A stretch of DNA of 64,000 nucleotides from an uncultured virus (IMG/VR IMGVR_UViG_3300037851_001367) (taxonomy: Duplodnaviria; Heunggongvirae; Uroviricota; Caudoviricetes), in IMG/VR virus record IMGVR_UViG_3300037851_001367, one strand, 5' to 3'. Shown in pieces: positions 55,452 through 64,000 of the stretch. The first letter of the stretch is position 1; each line of letters starts with the position of its first letter. A program made the position numbers and the translations under genes. The notes beneath the pieces are model-generated. The model worked only from the letters and a program-made list of their open reading frames with translations. It did not search any database and was not told the DNA's origin.

Positions 55452-56753
55452 TCAGTACCCCAGCGGGATCAGGTTGGATCCCAGGAACACTCCGTCCCAG
55501 GGAAAGCAGATGCCGTTCTGGATGTGGAGCCACTCGTCATTGTCCCCGACCATGACCCACGGGGGCAGAGTGTTCGGGCAAATCCGGGCATACCGCATAT
55601 AGCATCGGGCGAGGGCGAACTGCGTCGACGGGGACCCGATCTGGCCGATGAGCACCTTGGAGAGAAAGGTCTTCCTGAACGTCTGGCTGAGAGAGACGCG
55701 CGAGTCGCCCATGAAGCTGACCGTCCCCGTCGGCCTTCCGTTTTCGCCGTTGCCGTCCCCGCTCAGGCACTTGACGATCATGCGGTGGCGACGCGACGTT
55801 CCGTCCGTGCCCCGCATCCACCAGTTGTTGTATCCGTTGCTGAACGAGTTCAAGGTCAGGGTGCACAACCCGTCCGCCCCGACGAGAAGGGGGTTTGTGT
55901 CCTGAGCCTGCGTCGCCAGGCGGAACGGAGCCTCGAAGTGAACGTAGCTCCCGTTCCCGGACGTCCGGAACCAGGCGATCATCCCGTCCTTGTCTCCGAA
56001 CATGGAGATCTGGCCCGACGTTGTCGTCCCGCTGACGAAGTCGGGGAACATCCCCTGGCCGTTCGTGGTGTGCGTGACTTCCGTCATCGCGTCCGTGAAG
56101 GCCGCCCCGGTCCACGTCCCGCCCGGCGATCCGACGAGGCCAATCGTCTTTATTGCGACGCTCGCGGTCCGGATGATCGCTTGCACCTGCGAGTTCGCCT
56201 GGCCCGGGTTGGAGATGGACGGCGTCATCTGGAAGACAACGTACTGGCCTGTCGCCCATCCGCCGAGGCCCTGGAGGCCTTCGATGTCCGCGACCCTGTA
56301 CCGAAGCCCGGACCTTGTCGTGAACCGCGGACGCTTCGTGCTCGGGTGAGCCGACCCTCCGTTCTTCACGTTGAGCACGAGCTGCGTGGCAGAGTTCCGC
56401 CCGGTGATCTTGTAGATCCCGTCCTCCTGCCCGGGCGACGTCGAGCTCCAGACGACGAGGTACTTGCCGATCATGTTCGTCGTGAAGCTCGCGCCCGCAG
56501 AGTTGAAGACCAGCTGGTCTTCCACCGTCGCGCCGTCCGAGCCGTTGGCGAGCACGGTGGTCCCTTCCAGGGCGTTCGTCGGGAACGTCTGGAACGCCAC
56601 GCCCGGAAAGCCTCCGGGGACCGTCTGGGACGCCGGGGCGTGGATGACGTAGCCCCAGAACTCGTACATAAAGCGGACGACCATGGCGGCGTCCACGCGC
56701 GTACCTGCGTTCAGGAACTGGTACTGCATCGCCCGGACGATCCGCAGCGCCAT
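55452..56753 (-). CDS. putative virion structural protein, family B copy 1
   Basis: full-length similarity to the other B copies. Confidence 0.85.
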   Translation of the reverse strand: MALRIVRAMQYQFLNAGTRVDAAMVVRFMYEFWGYVIHAPASQTVPGGFPGVAFQTFPTNALEGTTVLANGSDGATVEDQLVFNSAGASFTTNMIGKYLVVWSSTSPGQEDGIYKITGRNSATQLVLNVKNGGSAHPSTKRPRFTTRSGLRYRVADIEGLQGLGGWATGQYVVFQMTPSISNPGQANSQVQAIIRTASVAIKTIGLVGSPGGTWTGAAFTDAMTEVTHTTNGQGMFPDFVSGTTTSGQISMFGDKDGMIAWFRTSGNGSYVHFEAPFRLATQAQDTNPLLVGADGLCTLTLNSFSNGYNNWWMRGTDGTSRRHRMIVKCLSGDGNGENGRPTGTVSFMGDSRVSLSQTFRKTFLSKVLIGQIGSPSTQFALARCYMRYARICPNTLPPWVMVGDNDEWLHIQNGICFPWDGVFLGSNLIPLGY

Positions 56754-57629
<876 letters not shown>

Positions 57630-57693
57630 TCAGCGTCCTACCGCCGCCTCCGCAACGCTACGCACAAAAGGGTTCCCTCCGTACCGTGCCGCC

Positions 57694-57897
57694 ATGGAGC
57701 ATTCCTGGCGGCCCTGCGAGCCCGTCCGCTTCCACGTCGAGGACGGCTTCACCGAGTGCTCGCTGGAGTGTGCCAAGTGCGGTGCGAAAGTGCCCCCGGA
57801 CTGGCCGGACGACTTCATGATGCGCTTGGTCTGGGACGTCCCGGAGGCCTGTTCCGGCCCCGGGTTCGTTCAGGAGTCCATGCTCTCGAAGATCTGA
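57694..57897 (+). CDS. small HxW/CxxC protein
   Basis: MEHSW...CAKCG...C...LSKI. Confidence 0.7.
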   Translation: MEHSWRPCEPVRFHVEDGFTECSLECAKCGAKVPPDWPDDFMMRLVWDVPEACSGPGFVQESMLSKI

Positions 57898-57957
57898 CTC
57901 CGGCGGGTGTACCCTGTCTTCACGGCCTTGGCCGCAGATACCCAAAGGAGACCGCAC

Positions 57958-58227
57958 ATGGAAACGCAGACCGTCGCCGAGCCCAAGAAGAAGCAGTTCA
58001 CCGGCGAGATGGCCGTGATGGGCAAGGAGGGCGACACAAAGCACATGTGGGACAAGGACAAGCCCGTCGAGGTCGAAATGGCCCGGAAGATCTTCGACGA
58101 GTACGTCAAGAAGGGCTTCACGGTCTTCAGCGTGGCGGGCGAGAAGGGCGAGAAGGACAAGCAGGTCCGGGACTTCGACCCGAACGCCGGCCGCTACATC
58201 TTCGTCCCTCCGGTTCAAGCCGGCTAG
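57958..58227 (+). CDS. small protein ending IFVPPVQAG (ubiquitin/sulfur-carrier-like tail)
   Basis: AAGGAG RBS, 89 aa; promoter GAAGATC-N13-TGTAC at 57888-57912. Confidence 0.8.
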   Translation: METQTVAEPKKKQFTGEMAVMGKEGDTKHMWDKDKPVEVEMARKIFDEYVKKGFTVFSVAGEKGEKDKQVRDFDPNAGRYIFVPPVQAG

Positions 58228-58270
58228 CTTCTTTCCACCGCCCAAGGAGGTTGATCCGGTAGCATTCCGG

Positions 58271-58783
58271 ATGACCCCCGCTCAAGCTCGTGCGAACAAG
58301 AAGTGGCGAGACACGAACTCTGAGGAATATCGTCAGTCCCTGAAAGACTGGCGCGAGAAGAACAAACCTCACGTTCGTGAGTGGATGCGCAAACGACGCC
58401 TCGGGCTTGTCGGCCCCTTTACTGAGGCCGACGGTCCGAACTGGCAGGAGAGGAACCGCCAGGACTTCCTGGAGAAGAAGCGCGAGAGCACGAACCGCCG
58501 CCGCGCGGACGTCCACCTGGAAGCCATCCAGCACTACGGAAACGGAAAGTGCTTTTGCTGCGGCGAGGACGAGCCGATTTTTCTCGCCCTCGACCACATC
58601 AACGGAGGCGGCAACAAGCACCGCAAAGAAGTCGACCGCGGGCACATGTCACAGTGGGCCAAGAAGAACGGGTGGCCGCCCATCTTCCGCGTCGCCTGCC
58701 ATAACTGCAACCACGGCCTTTTCAGACTCGGAGGAACATGCCCACATCAGCTAAAGAGGAAGAAGCGCAAGAAGGCGGCCTGA
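58271..58783 (+). CDS. HNH-family (His-Me finger) endonuclease
   Basis: CFCCG...LALDHING...VACHNCN; basic N-terminal repeats. Confidence 0.8.
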   Translation: MTPAQARANKKWRDTNSEEYRQSLKDWREKNKPHVREWMRKRRLGLVGPFTEADGPNWQERNRQDFLEKKRESTNRRRADVHLEAIQHYGNGKCFCCGEDEPIFLALDHINGGGNKHRKEVDRGHMSQWAKKNGWPPIFRVACHNCNHGLFRLGGTCPHQLKRKKRKKAA

Positions 58784-58796
58784 GGAGGGTACGCTG

Positions 58797-59705
58797 ATGC
58801 CCGGAGTTGCGAGGATCACGTCGGCCTCCACCACGGGGCCGACGATTCCGCACGTTCGTCCGACGAACTCCCTGGCCACGGAGGTGCCCGGCCGGCAGGG
58901 AGGCACCGTCATCATCGCCGGGGACTGCACGAACGACATCACCTACTACGCGACGAACGACCAGGTCTGGGACTCCTGGAACCGGGCCTACACGCTGACG
59001 GCCAGCACCGTCGGAAGCCTCGCCACCCAGGAGACGCTCTATCGGCTTCAGGCCGGGCTCAACGCCATCGCGATGGAGGCGCAGATGACCAACGACCAGG
59101 TCTGGAACGCGTGGAACGTCCAGTTCACAACCAGTTCCGCGACGACCATCACGCTCGACGCGACGTGGGGTCACTGGAACGAGCAGTTCGTCGCCGAGGA
59201 GGCGAACCGCGAGAACCGAATCCGCCGCCAGGTCGCCGAGCGCCGTCAGCCGTCCGCCGAGGAACAGGAGAGGTGGCGGCGCGAGGAGATCCGACGCCGG
59301 GAGGCGGAGGATAAGCGGCTTGCGGAGGAGCGCGACGCAAACCGCAAGGCCATCGAGCTTCTCAAGAGCTGCCTCACGCCGGAGCAGAAGGAGGAGTACG
59401 AGCGCATGAAGTGCTTCCACCTCATCGTCGGCGACAAGAAGTACCGCATCAAGCAGGGCTCCCACGGCAACGTGGAGCTCATCGACAAGGATGGGAGGGT
59501 CAAGCGGACGTTCTGTGTTCAGCCGCGCGGCGTCCCCGAGGGCGACGCGATGCTTGCGCAGAAGCTCCTGCTCGCGACGGACGAGAAGCGCTTCTACGAG
59601 CTCGCGAACGTCACGGAGTACGGGCCTGACGGCCGGCAGCTCGGCACCTATCACGCCCCTCGCGGTGCCGACCTGCTTCGTGAGGTGCAACAGCGGACTG
59701 GTTGA
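58797..59705 (+). CDS. hypothetical protein with coiled coil and C-terminal Cys-containing domain
   Basis: AIELLKSCLTPEQ...YRI..GSHGNV...FCVQP...DAMLAQKLLL..DE..F...AN. Confidence 0.8.
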   Translation: MPGVARITSASTTGPTIPHVRPTNSLATEVPGRQGGTVIIAGDCTNDITYYATNDQVWDSWNRAYTLTASTVGSLATQETLYRLQAGLNAIAMEAQMTNDQVWNAWNVQFTTSSATTITLDATWGHWNEQFVAEEANRENRIRRQVAERRQPSAEEQERWRREEIRRREAEDKRLAEERDANRKAIELLKSCLTPEQKEEYERMKCFHLIVGDKKYRIKQGSHGNVELIDKDGRVKRTFCVQPRGVPEGDAMLAQKLLLATDEKRFYELANVTEYGPDGRQLGTYHAPRGADLLREVQQRTG

Positions 59706-59815
59706 ACTGTAACGTCCAGTTGCTCGCATGCGGCGAACAGGGGAGCGTGCCCCCTCCACGTGCGTCCAACGGCTCGTCCGACAAGACATGGCGACGACGA
59801 GCAGAGGTGGCGATC

Positions 59816-59908
59816 ATGGCAACGAAGAAGCCGGCCAAGAAGGCTGCGAAGCCTGCGGCCAAGAAGACCGCGAAGAAGACCGCGAAGAAGAAGACCGCGA
59901 AGAAGTAG
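59816..59908 (+). CDS. histone H1-like basic peptide (30 aa)
   Basis: MATKKPAKKAAKPAAKKTAKKTAKKKTAKK with GAGGT RBS. Confidence 0.7.
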   Translation: MATKKPAKKAAKPAAKKTAKKTAKKKTAKK

Positions 59909-59919
59909 TTCTTCCGGTC

Positions 59920-60240
59920 GTGGCTAGCCCCGACGTCGAAAAGGGCAAGTTCGTCCTAGTCGGCGTCGGGGCGCCACAAGTCTCGCTCCCGGCGGTCCCC
60001 GGCGTTCCGTACTTCATCGCGCCGAAGGGCCGCTACAGAGTCGCGAGAGTCCACCTGCCGGACGGCGTCCTTGAAGAGGACGTGGAGGTGGTGGACGACT
60101 GGGGCGACGAGGACGAGATGATGCGCCTGGTGCGCGAGGTAAACGAGGACGAGTCGTCCGTTCTTCGAGTGACCGTCAAGCGAAAGCTCGCCGCCTCCCT
60201 GGAGCGCGTGGTCATCTCGGTTGACCTGGAGCAGGACTGA
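59920..60240 (+). CDS. hypothetical protein
   Basis: GTG start; TGATG coupling to the ACP gene. Confidence 0.6.
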   Translation: MASPDVEKGKFVLVGVGAPQVSLPAVPGVPYFIAPKGRYRVARVHLPDGVLEEDVEVVDDWGDEDEMMRLVREVNEDESSVLRVTVKRKLAASLERVVISVDLEQD

Positions 60241-60515
60241 TGGAAGACGCAGAGCGGAAGTCGACGATCCTTTCGGAGCTCGGGCGGATAGTGCGCGAGT
60301 GCTGGCTGGACGGCCCGACCGCCCCTCAGGACGTGTCGCTCGGGCCGGAGACTCGCTTCGTCGAGGACATGGACATGGACTCGCTCGCCGTCGTCGAGAC
60401 GATCATTGCCGCCGAGGATGCCTTCGAGATCGAGATCCCGGACGGTGAGGTCGACGGGATTCGGACGATGCAGGAGGCGGCGGACTATGTCGAGCGTAAG
60501 GTCGCCGGACGGTGA
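60240..60515 (+). CDS. acpP: acyl carrier protein
   Basis: FVEDMDMDSLAVVE...EDAFEIEIPD...IRT..AADYV, phosphopantetheine DSL site. Confidence 0.9.
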   Translation: MEDAERKSTILSELGRIVRECWLDGPTAPQDVSLGPETRFVEDMDMDSLAVVETIIAAEDAFEIEIPDGEVDGIRTMQEAADYVERKVAGR

Positions 60516-60811
60516 TGTGGCAGGAGAAGGAAAAGACGGACTTCGAGATGCTCCGGGCCCTGGTGGAGCACGACAGCCTGACGGACAAGGAGCGGGAGGC
60601 CTTCGAGTCGATGAAGGCCCGGAGCCGGGACGGCAAGTTCCCGCTGTCGACAGCCCAGAGGGAGTGGGTCAAGAGCGCGTACAAGAAGTACGAGCTGGAC
60701 GCGGGGGAGACTCAAAACCTGGTGTCGAGCGGCCAGGTGCCGAGGGGCAAGGAAGTGACCTTCCCGTTCGAGACGATGCCCCGCCCGCTCAAGCCTCCCG
60801 GCCGCAAGTAA
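60512..60811 (+). CDS. hypothetical protein
   Basis: LTDKEREAFESM...LSTAQREWV. Confidence 0.7.
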   Translation: MMWQEKEKTDFEMLRALVEHDSLTDKEREAFESMKARSRDGKFPLSTAQREWVKSAYKKYELDAGETQNLVSSGQVPRGKEVTFPFETMPRPLKPPGRK

Positions 60812-60933
60812 GTCGCGGGCAGATCCGCGTCGGCAACCAGGTCTGGGTCGCGCCCGAGCTTCCGCCTGGGAGCACGCCGGTCGTCGGCGTCGACGAGGGC
60901 GTTGAGGAGTGGACCGTCAACGTGTCCGTCATC

Positions 60934-61086
60934 ATGTCGAAGCGCTGTTCACGCTGCGGCACGGTGAAGACCGGAGGCTGGACGTCGTCGAAGGACGGCG
61001 AGCCTCCGCCCAGCCCGTCGCCTCCTCCCGAGCACACTCAGGAGGAGTGCGACCACGCGGTCGTCGACTACGTGCACGACCTTTAG
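60934..61086 (+). CDS. small CxxC protein with C-terminal tag ([12 protein letters not shown]); start uncertain
   Basis: CSRCG...C-tag; alternative GTG at 60922. Confidence 0.65.
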   Translation: MSKRCSRCGTVKTGGWTSSKDGEPPPSPSPPPEHTQEECDHAVVDYVHDL

Positions 61087-64000
61087 GCTGAGCGGTGGCG
61101 GGCCTTGAAGTCCACGGCCCAGCCGACGGTGCCGGTCGGGACGGAGACGTAGACCACGACGTTCGGCCCGGTCGCCACCATGGTGGCCACCCAGCCCGTC
61201 GCGTAGTTGCCGGTCGTCCGTCGGTTGTTGACCGCCGGGGTTCCGACCTGGAGCGGGCCGGAGTTGCCGGAGACGAAGGCCGCGGAGAGCTCCGCACCCC
61301 ACGCCCCGGTCACGCCGTCCCAGCCTTCGACGAAGGCCATGTAGTTCACGAACCCGGTCGGGTGCGTGTACTGGAGGAGCGGCTGCGTCAGACCGCCGGC
61401 CGAGCAGGTGGCAACGCCGATCTGCTCGGTGACCTGGGCAGGGCCCGGGAGCCTGATGAGGCGCCCGAAGTCGTCCCAGCGGGCCTGCTCCTGGCTGCCG
61501 ACGAAGACGCGGTATGCGCCTCCCGTCATGACGCCGACGATGGTGTTGGCGCCGACGAGTGAGAACCCGGGGCCTGCAGGGCCTGTGGGTCCGGTCGGCC
61601 CGGTGGGCCCGGTCGGTCCGATGGACCCCGTCTGCCCGCTGTCCGGACCGCGCACCGCGCCGACGGTCGCGAGGTCGAACGTCGCGTAGGTGATGTTGAA
61701 CGTGCGGTTCGCGGCGTCCGGGCACATGAGCCGGAGGTCGACGACGTCGTTCACGCTCAGGGAGAGGAGGCCCGTGAGGACGACGATCTGGTCAGCCTCC
61801 TCCTGGAACTGCGAGGTCTGGTTGATGAGGCCGGGGACCTGCACGCCGTTGACGTAGGCCGCGAGGACGCCGGTCGTCGCGATGTCGGCCGGCCGGTTGA
61901 AGGTGACGGACGCCGAAAGCCGGAAGATGCCGGCGCGCCCGATGGTGATGTCGTTCGTCGAAAGCGATGGGAACGCGGCGTGCGAGAGTCCGATGTTCGC
62001 CCACGGAATCTTGTAGAAGACGTCTTCCAGCGTCAGGGTGACGGACAGCGCCGAGCTGGCCTCGGTGTAGAGCTCGGCGTACGTCGTCTCGGCGACGCCG
62101 GCTCCGGTCGGCCCTTGCGCTCCCTGCGGTCCGGTGGGGCCGAGCGGCCCGGTGATGCCCGGCCCGGTGGGTCCGAGCGGTCCGACGGGGCCCGTGGGCC
62201 CGGTGTCTCCGCGCGGTCCGGTGGGTCCGAGCGGCCCGGTGGGTCCAAGCCCGCCCGTGACGCCCGTGGCTCCCTGGATTCCCTGCGGGCCTTGAGGACC
62301 GGTGAAGCCGATCTGTCCCGTGGGGCCCTGGGCTCCGGTGGGGCCGACCGGTCCGACAGGGCCCGCCGATCCGGTGGCTCCCTGAGGCCCGGTGACTCCG
62401 ATGCCGCCAGTGACTCCTTGCGGTCCCTGCGGACCGGTGGCTCCGGTCGCCCCCACCGCACCTTGGGCGCCGGTCGGACCGACTGCTCCGGTCGCCCCCA
62501 CAGGGCCCGTATCGCCTCGCGGACCGGTGGCTCCGGTCACGCCAGTGGGCCCGGGTGCTCCCTGAGGTCCGGTTGCTCCCGTCGGGCCGACAGGGCCCGT
62601 CGCGCCGGTCATGCCCGTAATGCCAGGGACGCCGGTGGCGCCCTGGGGTCCAGTCACGCCGGTCGCGCCCTGCGGCCCCACCGGGCCGGTCGGTCCGCCG
62701 AAGATGGCCGGACCCGTGGCGCCAGTCGCACCGTCGGCCCCAGTCGGTCCTTGCGGACCAGTCGGTCCTTCGGGTCCGGTCGGTCCGGTCGGTCCCTGCA
62801 CGCCGGTTGCGCCTTGCGGGCCAGTCGTACCCGGACCCGTCGGACCGGTGGGACCCTGCGGACCGGTGACTCCCGGAGGGCCCTCAGGGCCGGTCGGTCC
62901 CCCGAAGGTGCTCGGTCCTGTCGCTCCTGTGACGCCGTCAGCTCCCTGAGGTCCGGTTGCGCCGGTATGGCCGGCAGGCCCGGTGAAGCCGATCGGTCCG
63001 GTCACGCCGGTCGATCCGGCGGGCCCTGTGGACCCCGTGACTCCGGGCGCTCCCTGAGGCCCAGTGGGCCCCTGCACGCCCGGCGCGCCGGTCGGCCCCT
63101 GCACGCCGGTTGCTCCCGTTGCGCCGGCAGGGCCGGTGAAGCCGGTCGCGCCGGCAGGGCCCGTGGGTCCCTGAGGTCCGGTGAAGCCGGTGGCTCCCTG
63201 CGGTCCCTGAGGTCCGGTGAAGCCGGTCGGCCCGACAGCGCCCGTGGCGCCCTGCGCTCCCGTCGGCCCCTGGGCGCCTTGCAGACCCGCCGGTCCGGTG
63301 GCTCCTGTCGCTCCGAAGGTCCCGATCGGGCCCGGAGGTCCTGCCGGGCCCGTGGGTCCAGTTCCGCCAAGCTGTCCGGTTGGGCCGATCGCGCCCGTCG
63401 GGCCGATCGGACCCGTGGGTCCGACCGCGCCAGTCGGCCCAGTGGGGCCAGTTGCTCCGCGAGGACCGGTCCAGCCGGTGGGTCCGGCAGGGCCGGTCCA
63501 TCCAGTCACTCCAGTCATGCCGGCAGGGCCAGTCGCACCCTGAGGTCCGGTGGCTCCCGTCCCCGCAGGTCCCGGGGGTCCAGGGGGTCCGCCGGCCGGG
63601 CCGGTCGGACCCATCGGACCGACGGGGCCCGTAGGTCCGCCAAACACTGCGGGACCCGTCGCGCCGACAGGCCCGGTGGGCCCCGTCGCGCCGACAGGGC
63701 CCGGAGGGCCGCCCGCGGGGCCCGTAACTCCCGGAGACCCCTGCTCGCCCTTCGGCCCGGTAGGTCCCGTCGCTCCCTGCGGACCCGTCGATCCCGTGAC
63801 GCCCTGAATGCCCTGGGCTCCGGTCGGGCCAGTTGCACCCGTGACTCCAGGTGATCCCTGAGGACCCGTCGCGCCTGTGACGCCCGTGGGTCCGGGCGAT
63901 CCCGTGACGCCAGTTGCGCCAACCGGGCCGGTTGCACCTGTGACTCCAGGCGATCCCTGAGGACCTGTCGCGCCCGTGACGCCCGGCGTTCCGTGGGGGC
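61083..64000 (-). CDS. very long collagen-like fibre protein with BclA/C1q-like domain (5-prime end outside window)
   Basis: G-X-T/G-P-Q triplets stay in frame beyond 63647 to the window edge; beta-rich domain [17 protein letters not shown]...[10 protein letters not shown]. Confidence 0.9.
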   Translation of the reverse strand, partial: PHGTPGVTGATGPQGSPGVTGATGPVGATGVTGSPGPTGVTGATGPQGSPGVTGATGPTGAQGIQGVTGSTGPQGATGPTGPKGEQGSPGVTGPAGGPPGPVGATGPTGPVGATGPAVFGGPTGPVGPMGPTGPAGGPPGPPGPAGTGATGPQGATGPAGMTGVTGWTGPAGPTGWTGPRGATGPTGPTGAVGPTGPIGPTGAIGPTGQLGGTGPTGPAGPPGPIGTFGATGATGPAGLQGAQGPTGAQGATGAVGPTGFTGPQGPQGATGFTGPQGPTGPAGATGFTGPAGATGATGVQGPTGAPGVQGPTGPQGAPGVTGSTGPAGSTGVTGPIGFTGPAGHTGATGPQGADGVTGATGPSTFGGPTGPEGPPGVTGPQGPTGPTGPGTTGPQGATGVQGPTGPTGPEGPTGPQGPTGADGATGATGPAIFGGPTGPVGPQGATGVTGPQGATGVPGITGMTGATGPVGPTGATGPQGAPGPTGVTGATGPRGDTGPVGATGAVGPTGAQGAVGATGATGPQGPQGVTGGIGVTGPQGATGSAGPVGPVGPTGAQGPTGQIGFTGPQGPQGIQGATGVTGGLGPTGPLGPTGPRGDTGPTGPVGPLGPTGPGITGPLGPTGPQGAQGPTGAGVAETTYAELYTEASSALSVTLTLEDVFYKIPWANIGLSHAAFPSLSTNDITIGRAGIFRLSASVTFNRPADIATTGVLAAYVNGVQVPGLINQTSQFQEEADQIVVLTGLLSLSVNDVVDLRLMCPDAANRTFNITYATFDLATVGAVRGPDSGQTGSIGPTGPTGPTGPTGPAGPGFSLVGANTIVGVMTGGAYRVFVGSQEQARWDDFGRLIRLPGPAQVTEQIGVATCSAGGLTQPLLQYTHPTGFVNYMAFVEGWDGVTGAWGAELSAAFVSGNSGPLQVGTPAVNNRRTTGNYATGWVATMVATGPNVVVYVSVPTGTVGWAVDFKARHRSA

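Noticed and set aside
45671..56753. Diversity-generating retroelement or shufflon as the explanation for the paralog array
   Set aside because: No reverse transcriptase, recombinase, near-identical TR/VR pair or inverted crossover sites were seen; the copies are full-length and diverged throughout
59816..64000. Short tandem repeats as a possible CRISPR array
   Set aside because: The repeats are in-frame coding repeats (AKKT, G-X-Y) without unique spacers, and there are no cas genes

Overview
This GC-rich window is very densely packed with genes and reads like a segment of a very large (jumbo) bacteriophage. No capsid, terminase or portal gene lies inside it, so the phage call is an inference. 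A host among the Myxococcota is suggested by the GC content and a myxobacterial-style Cys-rich lipoprotein. Positions 1-44.2 kb and 57.7-61.1 kb hold about 90 mostly short hypothetical genes. Recognisable genes among them are a stand-alone response-regulator receiver, GIY-YIG and HNH endonucleases, a MoxR-like AAA+ ATPase with a DUF2201-type metallopeptidase-vWA partner, a BRCT protein, a PAPS-reductase-like protein, a SWIM-finger ATP-dependent DNA ligase, pyrD, pyrC, purB, a metallophosphoesterase, an acyl carrier protein and histone-like proteins. Positions 44.2-57.6 kb and 61.1-64 kb (minus strand) carry a probable virion fibre module of collagen-like proteins and eight paralogous proteins of about 440 aa. 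The most striking unexplained signals are: (1) about 15 otherwise unrelated proteins end in the same C-terminal tag, V-x-x-V-H-D-L-stop, conserved at the protein level and not the DNA level; (2) about 25 copies of an ECF-like promoter, G[GTA]A[AG]nTC-N13-[CTG]GTA[CAG], followed about 8 nt later by either a start codon (leaderless) or GGAGG; (3) a (B3-A3-S)(B-A-S) paralog cassette bracketed by related collagen genes; (4) a small protein with a ubiquitin/sulfur-carrier-like tail next to a Cys-containing partner; (5) several long intergenic RNA stems. No tRNA, rRNA or CRISPR array was recognised.
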